Shown here: piece by piece, positions 17,844-26,059 of the stretch
Layout: every line of letters begins with the position of its first letter
Position numbering within the stretch: position 1 is the stretch's first letter
Assembly (NCBI GenBank): GCA_034530875.2
Contig: JAVRCJ020000066.1
Location: 1 to 26,059 of the forward strand
Length of the DNA stretch: 26,059 nucleotides
Direction: 5' to 3'
Source: Nostoc sp. DedSLP01
Lineage (GTDB): Bacteria; Cyanobacteriota; Cyanobacteriia; Cyanobacteriales; Nostocaceae
Made by a program: the position numbers and the translations under genes
Notes under the pieces: generated by a model
What the model saw: the letters and a program-made list of their open reading frames with translations, nothing else
Databases searched by the model: none
Told to the model about the DNA's origin: nothing

Positions 17844-19367
17844 TTATGCCAACTGAAAATTTCCTCCACAGGTTGCTAAAAGTTCTAAAATCACTCCATT
17901 TGTCCAGCCGAAACCAACTTCGTTAGAACTGTATCCAAAGCAGATTTCATCGGAAACGTTGGCAGAACAGCGTTCAACATCGTATTTTTCAACTAAGGTG
18001 TTGTGACGCTCAAATTCTTTGAGCACCATAGCGAGGAATTTGTGAGCAATGCGATCGCCTTCTGTATGATATCCATAGCGGTGGAGTCCCTGAACGGCAA
18101 TTAAGGTCAGCGGTGCCCAACCAAAGGGAGCATCCCACTGGTTACCAGTGACACGAGTGCTGGTAAAAATTCCTCCTGGGGCTTCAAACAAAGATAGATT
18201 TTCTACCAAGCGCTTGGCTTGGGTTGGAGAGGCAATTCCCAGCCATAGGGGATAGAATGTCGTCGCAAATTCATAACGGCGACGTTGTTCGGTCTGCAAA
18301 TGATAATCCAGATACAGTCCCAGTTCTTCATCCCAAAGATACTGGTTGATACGTTCGCGGCGTATCTCTGCACGTTCGTGCCATTGTTGCACCAGTTCGA
18401 CATTACCGAAAATTTCCTGAATTTTGGCTAAATCTTGTTCCATCTGATACAGCAAACTGTTAAGGCACACAGGAGCGTAATGCAGGATATCAGCACTGAA
18501 GGGGCCAAATCGGTTTGTGATATCAAAACCCGATTCGCGCATGGTACGATCGCCTTTATAAAATAGGTTAGTCAGTTCGTCTTTTTCGCGATCGTAGTAA
18601 AGACTGACATCATAATCCTCAACCTCAAAGGTTTGGTAGTATTCCTTAACGCGATCGTAATGGCTTTTTCCCTCTTCATCTCGCTCGGAAAACAAAACTT
18701 CTGGTGCGGGGCCTTCGCCAAAGGCATAAAATCGGGATAAACCTGTCGCAGGATTGAGGTGCGGCGGAACTACCCAGTAATAATAAAACTGTTCTAGTAG
18801 CGGTACGGTTGACCTCAACCACTCTTCATCCTGGGTGCGCTCAAATAGCGCCATCACCATCATACTCAGGACGGGGGGCTGCGATCGCGACAGCATATAA
18901 GTCCGGTTGGAATTGAGGATCGTACCGTAATGCTGCACTTGGTAGAGTAATTGATCTACTTGGCTTTGGGCTAATTCCAATTCGCCATCGTGCAAAAGCC
19001 CCAATAATATAAAGTAGCTGTCCCAACCATACATTTCGTTAAACCGACCGCCAGGCACAACATAGGGCCCTGGCAGGTATAATAATCCATGCTCTCGAAT
19101 TGCTTCGACTTCGGGGGGCAAAGTGCGAATTTCAATTCTTTGCATGTCTTTGGGAGATAGCGATCGCTCTAACACAGTTTGAACGTTGGGGCAATCTTCC
19201 AAAGGTGAAATGTAGACAATCCACGGAGTTTCTGATTTGTGGTCTAGTTTAGTATCTTTGGCAGATTGTAGTAAGTGTTCGTGCGATCGGGTTAAGGTTT
19301 CCCAGGTTTTTTTGATATGAGTTTGCACGGCGCGAATTTGCGCGGTGGTGAGTGAGGTTGTAGTCAT
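17844..19367 (-). CDS. treH: Alpha,alpha-trehalase (GH37)
   Basis: YVVPGGRFNEMYGWDSYF, RSQPP, RESGFD, QWDAPFGWAP, EKYD, GFGWTNG. Confidence 0.95.
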   Translation of the reverse strand: MTTTSLTTAQIRAVQTHIKKTWETLTRSHEHLLQSAKDTKLDHKSETPWIVYISPLEDCPNVQTVLERSLSPKDMQRIEIRTLPPEVEAIREHGLLYLPGPYVVPGGRFNEMYGWDSYFILLGLLHDGELELAQSQVDQLLYQVQHYGTILNSNRTYMLSRSQPPVLSMMVMALFERTQDEEWLRSTVPLLEQFYYYWVVPPHLNPATGLSRFYAFGEGPAPEVLFSERDEEGKSHYDRVKEYYQTFEVEDYDVSLYYDREKDELTNLFYKGDRTMRESGFDITNRFGPFSADILHYAPVCLNSLLYQMEQDLAKIQEIFGNVELVQQWHERAEIRRERINQYLWDEELGLYLDYHLQTEQRRRYEFATTFYPLWLGIASPTQAKRLVENLSLFEAPGGIFTSTRVTGNQWDAPFGWAPLTLIAVQGLHRYGYHTEGDRIAHKFLAMVLKEFERHNTLVEKYDVERCSANVSDEICFGYSSNEVGFGWTNGVILELLATCGGNFQLA

Positions 19368-19391
19368 AGTTTGAACTCGGAATTCTTTTTA

Positions 19392-19512
19392 AACGCAAAG
19401 GAACGCAAAGGGAATCGCAGAGTCACGCAGAGTTTTCTCTCTCTCTGCGCGACGCCAGATGCTTCAAGTCGGGAAACCCGCCCAACGCACTGGCTCCTCC
19501 GCGCCTCTGCGT
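19392..19512. repeat. Composite intergenic repeat: (ACGCARAG)n/(CTCTGCG)n hairpin carrying an SDR-like 41-bp hairpin
   Basis: ACGCAAAG/CGCAGAG units on the left and CTCTGCG units on the right, interrupted by GCCAGATGC...GGGAAACCC...GCACTGGC (19454-19494). Confidence 0.7.
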
Positions 19513-19519
19513 GAGGTTT

Positions 19520-22318
19520 TTACTCAGCACTACTAACTAACAAAGCAACTGGAAAATGTGCGAGGGCATCTCCGATAGATAATGTTTCTTTAGTTTGTAA
19601 TGGCTGCTGAGTTAGGACATTCTTCCAAGACAAGGAACTTCCGTGAGGTACTTGCAGGTGGGTATCTTGCCACACTGACTCGCCTAAAGGATCTTCTCCA
19701 GGGTGGATGAGGCGAGTGAAAAAGCGAGGTGCGATGGCGATCGCTGTTTGGTGTCCGTGACGCCGGGCAAAGGCAATAATATGATGGGCGTGAGTTCCGT
19801 GAATTTGTAACGGCAGATAATCTCCGTCTTGGAATAGGGAGAGATAATCTTTTCTGGCTTGGAGTAATTGTGCCGTTAAAAATAGTTTAATTCTGCCGTC
19901 ATTTTTGTGTTTTAGTAAGTCTTGAGTCAATCCCAAAATGTCGGTTTTGATTTGCTCTTTAATGTTACTTAAGTAATTTCGTCGCTGTTGAAAATCTACA
20001 GGACGGCGGTTATCTGGATCGACTAAACTTAATTCCCAAAGTTCCGTTCCTTGATAAAAATCAGGTACGCCGGGTGCGGTAGCCTTGAGTAGAGTTTGGG
20101 AAAGAGAATTAAACATTCCGTAGTAGGCAACTCGCTGTTGCAGAGGGTGGAAGGCTTCAAGAAATTCCTCAGAAATTGAGGGATTTAGTATTTTTTCTAC
20201 AAAGGAAGTGCAAGCTTCTTCGTATTCGCTATCGGGCCGCAACCATGCAGTATGCACTTTCGCTTCTCGAATTGCTTTGATGGTGTATTCTTTCACCCGT
20301 TCCACGAATGATTCGCTCTCGTCTTCGGCAAAAGGAAATGCTCCTATTAGTGTTTGATAGATTAAATATTCGTCATTGCGATCGGGCATAGCAAATCCGT
20401 GGCGAATCTTGCGACATCCTTGATTATAATGACTCCAGATGTTGACTTTTTCTTCCCATTCTTCTGGTAATTCTGATAACACATTTAACCTTGCACGTAC
20501 ATCTTCACCGCGTTTAGTGTCGTGGGTAGCTGTAGCGTTCATGGTGTGAGGCCATTTTGCTTGATGCTGTTGGTTAAAAGTGTGGAAGTCGGCAACAGAA
20601 ACGCCAAAATGACCGGGATTTCCTCCCACTTCATTAAGCGACAACAAGCGATTGTAGACATATAATGTTGTGTCTTCGACCCCTTTAGCCATGAGGGGGC
20701 CGCTGTATTGCTGCATCCGCAAAACAAAATATATCCACTGTTCGCGTTCTGTTTGGGAAAGAGAATTATCAAATTCCAGCAGCATCAATTTTTCAATAAA
20801 AGTTAATTCATGCTGCAATAAAGGCGCTTGTTCTTTTGCTTGACTAATTACTTCTTGAATTGTGAGTTTATCGTCTTCACTAATTCCATCGGGAGTAATA
20901 TAAGTACGGTAAATTGGGAAGAGAGTTAAAACTTCAGCGATCGCTCTTTTGAGACCATTGATAGTAAAGTCATTGCCATAGCGATATTTGCTAGAAATAT
21001 TTTTTAACAGGCTGGCTAAGTTATCTATATCACCTGCCAAATTCTTTTCTAGTATCAGTTGCTTTTTCTCCTTTACCAGCGACGGATAATCTACTCTTGT
21101 GCTGATAAATGCTTGGTAAATTTTATCAAGCCAAAATTCAATATCTTGTTGACAGAATACACCATTTACGTAGTTTAAGAAATCGTATCCTGATGTGCCT
21201 TGAATGTCCCAATCATCTGGCAAATCTTCAGTGAGTTCGAGAATTTTTTCGACGGTGATATAAACATCTCCTGCCTTTTCTCGCAATCTTTCAAGATATT
21301 GATTCGGGTTATAAAGTCCATCAATATGGTCAATCCGCAAACCTGTAAATTTACCTTCTTCAACTAGCTTTTGAATCAGGCTATGGGTGTTATTAAAAAC
21401 CCGCAGTTCTTCAATTTTTACAGAAATTAATTCATTGACAGTAAAGAACCGACGATAATTCATTTCTTCGGCGCCAACCTTCCAGAACGCGAGACGATAA
21501 AATTGGTCTTTGAGTAAATCGTCTAGCAGATTAAAGCTTTCAGAATTGCCGGGTTCGCCGTTAAAAGTTTTGAGGTTTTCTGCGATGAATTCGCGGATTG
21601 AATCGTTGCTATTGTAGAGTTCCCAAACTAATCCTTTGATAAAGGCAATTTGGTCTTGTCGCTGTTTACCCGCAACTTCAGAAGGCACATTTTTAAGAAT
21701 GTAGAGAATGCCTAAGAGTTTGATAAAATCGGGATGATTGCGTCCCAGCGTCCGGGTGAGTTTGCCGAGATTGTAGGTAAGAAATTTTGTGTAAGATTCT
21801 AACCGCAGGGGTAGTTTTAAACTGTAATAATTGACAGTTAAACCATTTTGTTCGTATTGCAGTTGAATGTGTCCGTTTTCTAAGGATACACCATAGAAAT
21901 CTCCTAGTAGAGGAGCGAGAATTCGTTGTTCGCGATCGCCAAATGGCACATTCCAAGACAAGTCGAAGTAATCAGTATAGCTGGAATCTGGTCCGTGTTC
22001 CAAGATATCCATTAAATACTGATTTTCACTGCTATAGGCCATGTGGTTTGGCACAATATCCTGCAACCAACCCATTTCCAGAGATTGTATTTCACTAATT
22101 AATGCTTCAAAGGACTCATTAGTTCCCAGTTCCGGGTTGAGTTGAGTGGGGTCTACTATATCGTAGCCATGCGTACTACCAGACCGCGCTTTGAAAATCG
22201 GAGAAGCATACAAATCAGAAATACCTAAATCAGAAAGATAAGCAGCGATCGCTTTGGCATTTTCAAAGCCGAACTGAGGTGTAAACTGAATTCGATAAGT
22301 TGCTCTAGGAATTCGCAT
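19520..22318 (-). CDS. treY: Malto-oligosyltrehalose synthase (GH13)
   Basis: PRATYRIQF, LYASPIFKARSGSTHGYD, DIVPNHM, NYRRFF, GLRIDHIDGL, VEKIL, MAKGVED, ATHDTKRGED, LVDPDNRRPVD. Confidence 0.97.
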   Translation of the reverse strand: MRIPRATYRIQFTPQFGFENAKAIAAYLSDLGISDLYASPIFKARSGSTHGYDIVDPTQLNPELGTNESFEALISEIQSLEMGWLQDIVPNHMAYSSENQYLMDILEHGPDSSYTDYFDLSWNVPFGDREQRILAPLLGDFYGVSLENGHIQLQYEQNGLTVNYYSLKLPLRLESYTKFLTYNLGKLTRTLGRNHPDFIKLLGILYILKNVPSEVAGKQRQDQIAFIKGLVWELYNSNDSIREFIAENLKTFNGEPGNSESFNLLDDLLKDQFYRLAFWKVGAEEMNYRRFFTVNELISVKIEELRVFNNTHSLIQKLVEEGKFTGLRIDHIDGLYNPNQYLERLREKAGDVYITVEKILELTEDLPDDWDIQGTSGYDFLNYVNGVFCQQDIEFWLDKIYQAFISTRVDYPSLVKEKKQLILEKNLAGDIDNLASLLKNISSKYRYGNDFTINGLKRAIAEVLTLFPIYRTYITPDGISEDDKLTIQEVISQAKEQAPLLQHELTFIEKLMLLEFDNSLSQTEREQWIYFVLRMQQYSGPLMAKGVEDTTLYVYNRLLSLNEVGGNPGHFGVSVADFHTFNQQHQAKWPHTMNATATHDTKRGEDVRARLNVLSELPEEWEEKVNIWSHYNQGCRKIRHGFAMPDRNDEYLIYQTLIGAFPFAEDESESFVERVKEYTIKAIREAKVHTAWLRPDSEYEEACTSFVEKILNPSISEEFLEAFHPLQQRVAYYGMFNSLSQTLLKATAPGVPDFYQGTELWELSLVDPDNRRPVDFQQRRNYLSNIKEQIKTDILGLTQDLLKHKNDGRIKLFLTAQLLQARKDYLSLFQDGDYLPLQIHGTHAHHIIAFARRHGHQTAIAIAPRFFTRLIHPGEDPLGESVWQDTHLQVPHGSSLSWKNVLTQQPLQTKETLSIGDALAHFPVALLVSSAE

Positions 22319-22336
22319 ATTTGTTTCTTGTGGGAA

Positions 22337-22352
22337 TGTTGACTGTTGACTG
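22337..22352. repeat. Short STRR3-like (TGTTGAC)n tract
   Basis: TGTTGAC TGTTGAC TG just upstream of the treY start. Confidence 0.55.
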
Positions 22353-22426
22353 AGGAGTTGAGAGTTAGAAGTTTGACGTTTTTAAGCTTAATATTAAGCC
22401 TTAAAGTTTGAACGTTGAACCTTTAA

Positions 22427-22615
22427 GAGGGTGTTTGAAAAACCATAATTGATGTATCAAATATTTTTTACCCCACCCTAACCCTCCTCTTGTAAAGGGG
22501 CTACGGTGTACACACAAGTTATCGAATTACCCCACCCTAACCCTCCCCTTATAAAGGGGAGGGAACTAGATTTCTTATTTCCCCCCTTTACAAGGGGGGA
22601 TTAAGGGGGGTAAAA
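22427..22615. mobile_element. Composite MITE relic: IS5-like end, hairpin repeats and one IS50-like TIR
   Basis: TAA|GAGGGTGTTTGAAAA at 22427, half-hairpin CCCCACCCTAACCCTCCTCTTGTAAAGGGG, TIR CTACGGTGTACACACAAGT at 22501-22519 (exact reverse complement of 55-73), then intact CCCTCCCCTT-ATA-AAGGGGAGGG and TCCCCCCTT-TAC-AAGGGGGGA hairpins. No partner ends found. Confidence 0.7.
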
Positions 22616-22627
22616 ATTCGACTAAAA

Positions 22628-24478
22628 TCACAGCCACCTCTCATACAGTACTAAGCTAGTGGGTTGCAATGTCACTTCCTCACCCGCAGAAAGATGTTCA
22701 GACGCTTGTGAACCAGACCCAGACCATGATGTGTCTGCTGAATCTAATAGTTTGCGAGCTTTGTTTTCAATTGGCAAAGTTACTGTTACAGGAGAAGAAT
22801 TGAAATTCAATACAAATGTTAATTCGCTCGTTTCAGTCCAACGACGCACAATAACTATTTGTTTTTCTTCATCGCTAGTAGCTTGGATAGAGTTGCGGTC
22901 TTGATTGACAAGCGCAGGCAGCTTTTTGCGTAAATTAATTAATTCACGATACCAATTCCACAAAACTTTGTGATTACCTTCGTGGCGTAATTCCCAGTTG
23001 AGTTTAGACTTGAGGAATGTTTCTGCGGATTCGGGATCTGGCGGATCTTCTTCGTAGTGGAAGGCTTCAAATTCTTCTTTGCGTCCGGCTCGAACTGCTT
23101 GAATTAAATCTGAGTCGGAGTGGCTGACAAAGTAAATAAATGGTGCAGTTTCGCCGTATTCTTCACCCATGAATAATAAGGGCAAATTAGGTGATAGCAA
23201 CACAGCACCGGCAGCTAACTTTAATCCTTCAAAAGAGATGCGCGCTGTGAGGCGTTCTCCTTTCATTTGGTTGCCGATTTGGTCGTGATTTTGAATGCAA
23301 ACTAAAAACTGTGATAAAGGGCGATCGCGACAAGATACGCCATGATATCGTAGGCGATGTGGTGCGTATTTCCAATCATAAATAAAAGTGTCTTGATATG
23401 CTTTTGCTAAATCAGCACACTTGCCATAATCCTGATAATATCCTTGGCGATCGCCTGTTAAAAGTACATGCAATGCATGATGAAAATCATCGCTCCATTG
23501 AGCATCTAGCCCATATCCACCCAATTCTGCCGGACGAATTATTTGCGGATTATTTAAATCGCTTTCAGCAATTAAATGGCGTTTCCATCTTTGCCCTTGT
23601 TGGGAAAAATGATGAACTGCTTCGGCTAATTCCCATAAGAAATGCTTCGCTCCCAAGTCATAAATTGCTTGAATTGCATCTAGTCGCAATGCATCAATAT
23701 GGAATTCACCCAACCAATAAATCGCATTTTCGATGAAATAATTTCGCACGCCCATACTCAGGGCATGGTCGAAATTCATCGCATTGCCCCACGGCGTTTT
23801 ATAAACTGTCGTAAAGTAGGGCGCGAACTGACCCATATAATTCCCTTCCGGGCCAAAGTGGTTGTACACCACATCCAGCACTACAGCAATACCGTTTTCG
23901 TGGCAAGCATTCACCAATTGTTTCAAATCTGCTGGAGTACCGTAGGAATTTTGTACGGCATAAGGATAAACGCCGTCATAGCCCCAGTTACGGTATGCCA
24001 AAGCAGGTTCAATATGGGTATCTCCGGGAAACTGAGAAATCGGCATAATTTCAATCGCATTAATTCCCAGTTCTCGCAGTTCCGGTAAACGGGGAATAAT
24101 AGCGGTGAAAGTACCTTCAGGCGTGAATGTCCCGACATGAAGTTCGTAGAAAATCATTGACTCCACAGGAATGCCAGTCCATCCTGCATCAGTCCACTCA
24201 AACTGATGTTCGATAACTTGAGATGGCCCGTGTACCCCTTCAGGCTGATACTGCGAAGCTGGGTCAGGAAAAGCGTTTTCCCCATTCAGCACATACTTAT
24301 AAAGCGTACCTGGGTACACATCATTTACCTTCGTGTGCCAGTATCCCTCTGCTTGAGGTTTAAGCGCAATTACTTGCACTTGGGGCGTCAAAATTTGCAC
24401 GGCAACGCTATCTAACGTTGGAGACCAAACTGTAAATTCACACTCTCCGTTACCCAAATAATTAGCACCAATTCTCAC
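22628..24478 (-). CDS. treZ: Malto-oligosyltrehalose trehalohydrolase (GH13)
   Basis: PDPASQYQPEGVHGPS, YELHVGTFTPEGTF, RNWGYDGV, DVVYNHFGPEGNY, LRLDA, IAESD, WSDDFHH, QNHDQIGN, LFMGEEYG. GTG start with a GGGAG RBS. Confidence 0.97.
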   Translation of the reverse strand: MRIGANYLGNGECEFTVWSPTLDSVAVQILTPQVQVIALKPQAEGYWHTKVNDVYPGTLYKYVLNGENAFPDPASQYQPEGVHGPSQVIEHQFEWTDAGWTGIPVESMIFYELHVGTFTPEGTFTAIIPRLPELRELGINAIEIMPISQFPGDTHIEPALAYRNWGYDGVYPYAVQNSYGTPADLKQLVNACHENGIAVVLDVVYNHFGPEGNYMGQFAPYFTTVYKTPWGNAMNFDHALSMGVRNYFIENAIYWLGEFHIDALRLDAIQAIYDLGAKHFLWELAEAVHHFSQQGQRWKRHLIAESDLNNPQIIRPAELGGYGLDAQWSDDFHHALHVLLTGDRQGYYQDYGKCADLAKAYQDTFIYDWKYAPHRLRYHGVSCRDRPLSQFLVCIQNHDQIGNQMKGERLTARISFEGLKLAAGAVLLSPNLPLLFMGEEYGETAPFIYFVSHSDSDLIQAVRAGRKEEFEAFHYEEDPPDPESAETFLKSKLNWELRHEGNHKVLWNWYRELINLRKKLPALVNQDRNSIQATSDEEKQIVIVRRWTETSELTFVLNFNSSPVTVTLPIENKARKLLDSADTSWSGSGSQASEHLSAGEEVTLQPTSLVLYERWL

Positions 24479-24684
24479 GCAGATTCTCCCTTTGAATAAT
24501 GCTTAGTGCTGGATTTTGGCGCGAAAGTCAATTCATGTTGTTACAGAATTTTTACAAACACGCCAAATAAGATCGTGGGGGTTATACCAGACTTTTTACT
24601 AGTATCAAAGGGCTGAATTTATGACTACAATGCTCTGTCTAATGATTAGTATTAGTGACTTTGCGTGCCTCTTAAACTCCACTC

Positions 24685-25089
24685 CTACGGCTTGCAGCTG
24701 CCATCAACACAGTATGCTGATTGATATGTACTAGAACGCTTACCAAAGATAGTGTAGCGGTTATCGCGGATTTGTTCGTAAAAGCGATCGCCTGCCCATT
24801 TCACCCCCGGTAACGCCCGATAAGCGTCTACAAATATACTTCCTAATGGCAGTAACCGCCCAATTTCTTCTGCGGCATTACTACCTTGCCAACGTCTTGA
24901 TAAATCGTTGCCATCAATTAAAATCATTCCCTGTTCGCAATCTTGGGCTGTAATTCCCCACTGCAAAAGTTTCTCTTCGTCTTGCATGGAAGTGTATTGA
25001 AATAGCTGTCCTTTATCTAAGGTTTCTAGCAGTTGTACTAAGGTAACGCAGAGATTACAATTTCCGTCGTAGATTACGTAGTAAGTCAT
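24685..25089 (-). CDS. DCC1-like thiol-disulfide oxidoreductase (DUF393)
   Basis: N-terminal YDGNCNLC (DxxCxxC); C-terminal Y..IRDNRY.IFG..C....C. Confidence 0.92.
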   Translation of the reverse strand: MTYYVIYDGNCNLCVTLVQLLETLDKGQLFQYTSMQDEEKLLQWGITAQDCEQGMILIDGNDLSRRWQGSNAAEEIGRLLPLGSIFVDAYRALPGVKWAGDRFYEQIRDNRYTIFGKRSSTYQSAYCVDGSCKP

Positions 25090-25466
25090 GGAAATAAAGG
25101 TCGGTTTGCAATGATATCTTTAAGTTAACGCGAACTTTCAATCAAAGGTATCGCTTTTGACTAGAAAATTAAATACAACTTCTTGCCAAGAATATTCTAT
25201 CTAACAATATATTAAAGATTGAACTAAGACTAAATATTAGTACTAAATTAATAGGTATTCCCCTTGAAAATAATTAGAACAGGAGCTAAATATTGTGGCT
25301 ATTACCCAAATAATATAGCCATTTAATTTGAGTGCTGATTTTTTTAAGATAAAAACTTTGCTACATCAGCTTTTTTGACTTTTAGTATGAAACTACTTTG
25401 AGCCTAAGATTACACGCCTTTTGTCTATTCTATAAATTTCATTGCATAGCAAAGGAGTGAAAGCTC

Positions 25467-25793
25467 ATGAAGGATAAAATTTTTAAATATTTGGGTTTAT
25501 CTTGTGCTTTAGTTATGCTGAGTAATACAGCATCTCTGGCTGACAGTGCAAATGGAAAAATCAGGGAATACCATCTAAATAGTCAGATAGGAGACAGGGG
25601 TGTATGTATTCAATTGAACCCTACATTACCAAGTATTGGAGGTTGGCTATGTTTGTGGAAAGATAATGCTTTGTACAAAGAAATTACTGATTTACTTCTT
25701 GAGGCTTATTCCTCACAAAAAACTTGTGCAGTTACTTGGAATACTTATCGCGGCGGTTACGCAGCTATTGATTATATAAGCTGCTACAATTAA
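25467..25793 (+). CDS. Small secreted Cys-containing protein, possible OB-fold (toxin B-subunit-like)
   Basis: AAGGAG RBS, Sec-type signal peptide (MKDKIFKYLGLSCALVMLSNTASLA), 4 Cys in the roughly 83-aa mature part. Confidence 0.8.
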   Translation: MKDKIFKYLGLSCALVMLSNTASLADSANGKIREYHLNSQIGDRGVCIQLNPTLPSIGGWLCLWKDNALYKEITDLLLEAYSSQKTCAVTWNTYRGGYAAIDYISCYN

Positions 25794-25924
25794 GGATTTC
25801 TCCAGTTAAAACCAAATACAGGCTTTGAGTATTTCAACGACAGATTAACATCTCTCAAGATAAATTGATTGGCGTGAATAGTTACTTAGGTTAGTAGTTT
25901 GCTAAAGGAACGAATGCAGAGTAC

Positions 25925-25952
25925 GGGGAAAAGGTAATTTTATCTTTTCCCC
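25925..25952. terminator. Stem-loop, probable terminator
   Basis: GGGGAAAAGGTAA-TT-TTATCTTTTCCCC followed by TTT. Confidence 0.55.
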
Positions 25953-25966
25953 TTTAAAATTTTGAC

Positions 25967-26059
25967 CTACTCAAAGCGATCGCTCTGACGGGGTGACAAA
26001 GCGGCTGAAGCCAAGAAAATAGAGGACTGTGACAGTTTTGGGGTAAAAAAAGATAGGTC
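25967..26059 (-). CDS. Possible C-terminus of a gene entering from beyond the window
   Basis: The minus frame is open from the window edge (DLSFFTPKLSQSSIFLASAALSPRQSDRFE*), contains a HIP1 site and ends just before a hairpin. Too short to identify. Confidence 0.3.
   Translation of the reverse strand, partial: DLSFFTPKLSQSSIFLASAALSPRQSDRFE

Noticed and set aside
18203..24415. Numerous 60-130 aa alternative-frame or antisense ORFs inside treH, treY and treZ (similar ones inside aspS, dapL, NDH-2, ilvC, MFS and the channel gene)
   Set aside because: Fully nested in conserved enzymes with no recognisable motifs.

Overview
Chromosomal segment from a filamentous, probably heterocyst-forming cyanobacterium (Nostoc/Anabaena/Calothrix-like). 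This rests on about 26 HIP1 octamers (GCGATCGC, hand count), STRR heptamer arrays and typical Nostocales intergenic hairpins. Core genes: aspS, htpX, a TrkA/RCK K+-channel-like protein, an MFS transporter, dapL, a type II NADH dehydrogenase, ilvC, the trehalose cluster treZ-treY-treH and a DCC1-like oxidoreductase. Two accessory patches sit among them. Patch 1 (about 2.3-5.85 kb) has a MITE with a 10-bp target duplication, a DUF29 gene, a truncated gene relic and a membrane pentapeptide-repeat protein. Patch 2 (about 11.0-13.5 kb) has a 76-codon toxin-like ORF missing from the ORF track, broken by a nonsense codon and coupled by an ATGA overlap to an intact acidic immunity-like gene, followed by a HEPN (RxxxxH) protein and a Uma2 endonuclease. 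The window opens with what looks like the 3' end of an IS4/IS50-group element nested inside two MITE-like shells, each apparently entered at the apex of the same hairpin repeat. It closes with a small secreted protein resembling an AB5-toxin B-subunit OB fold. All family calls come from motif recognition; no searches were run.
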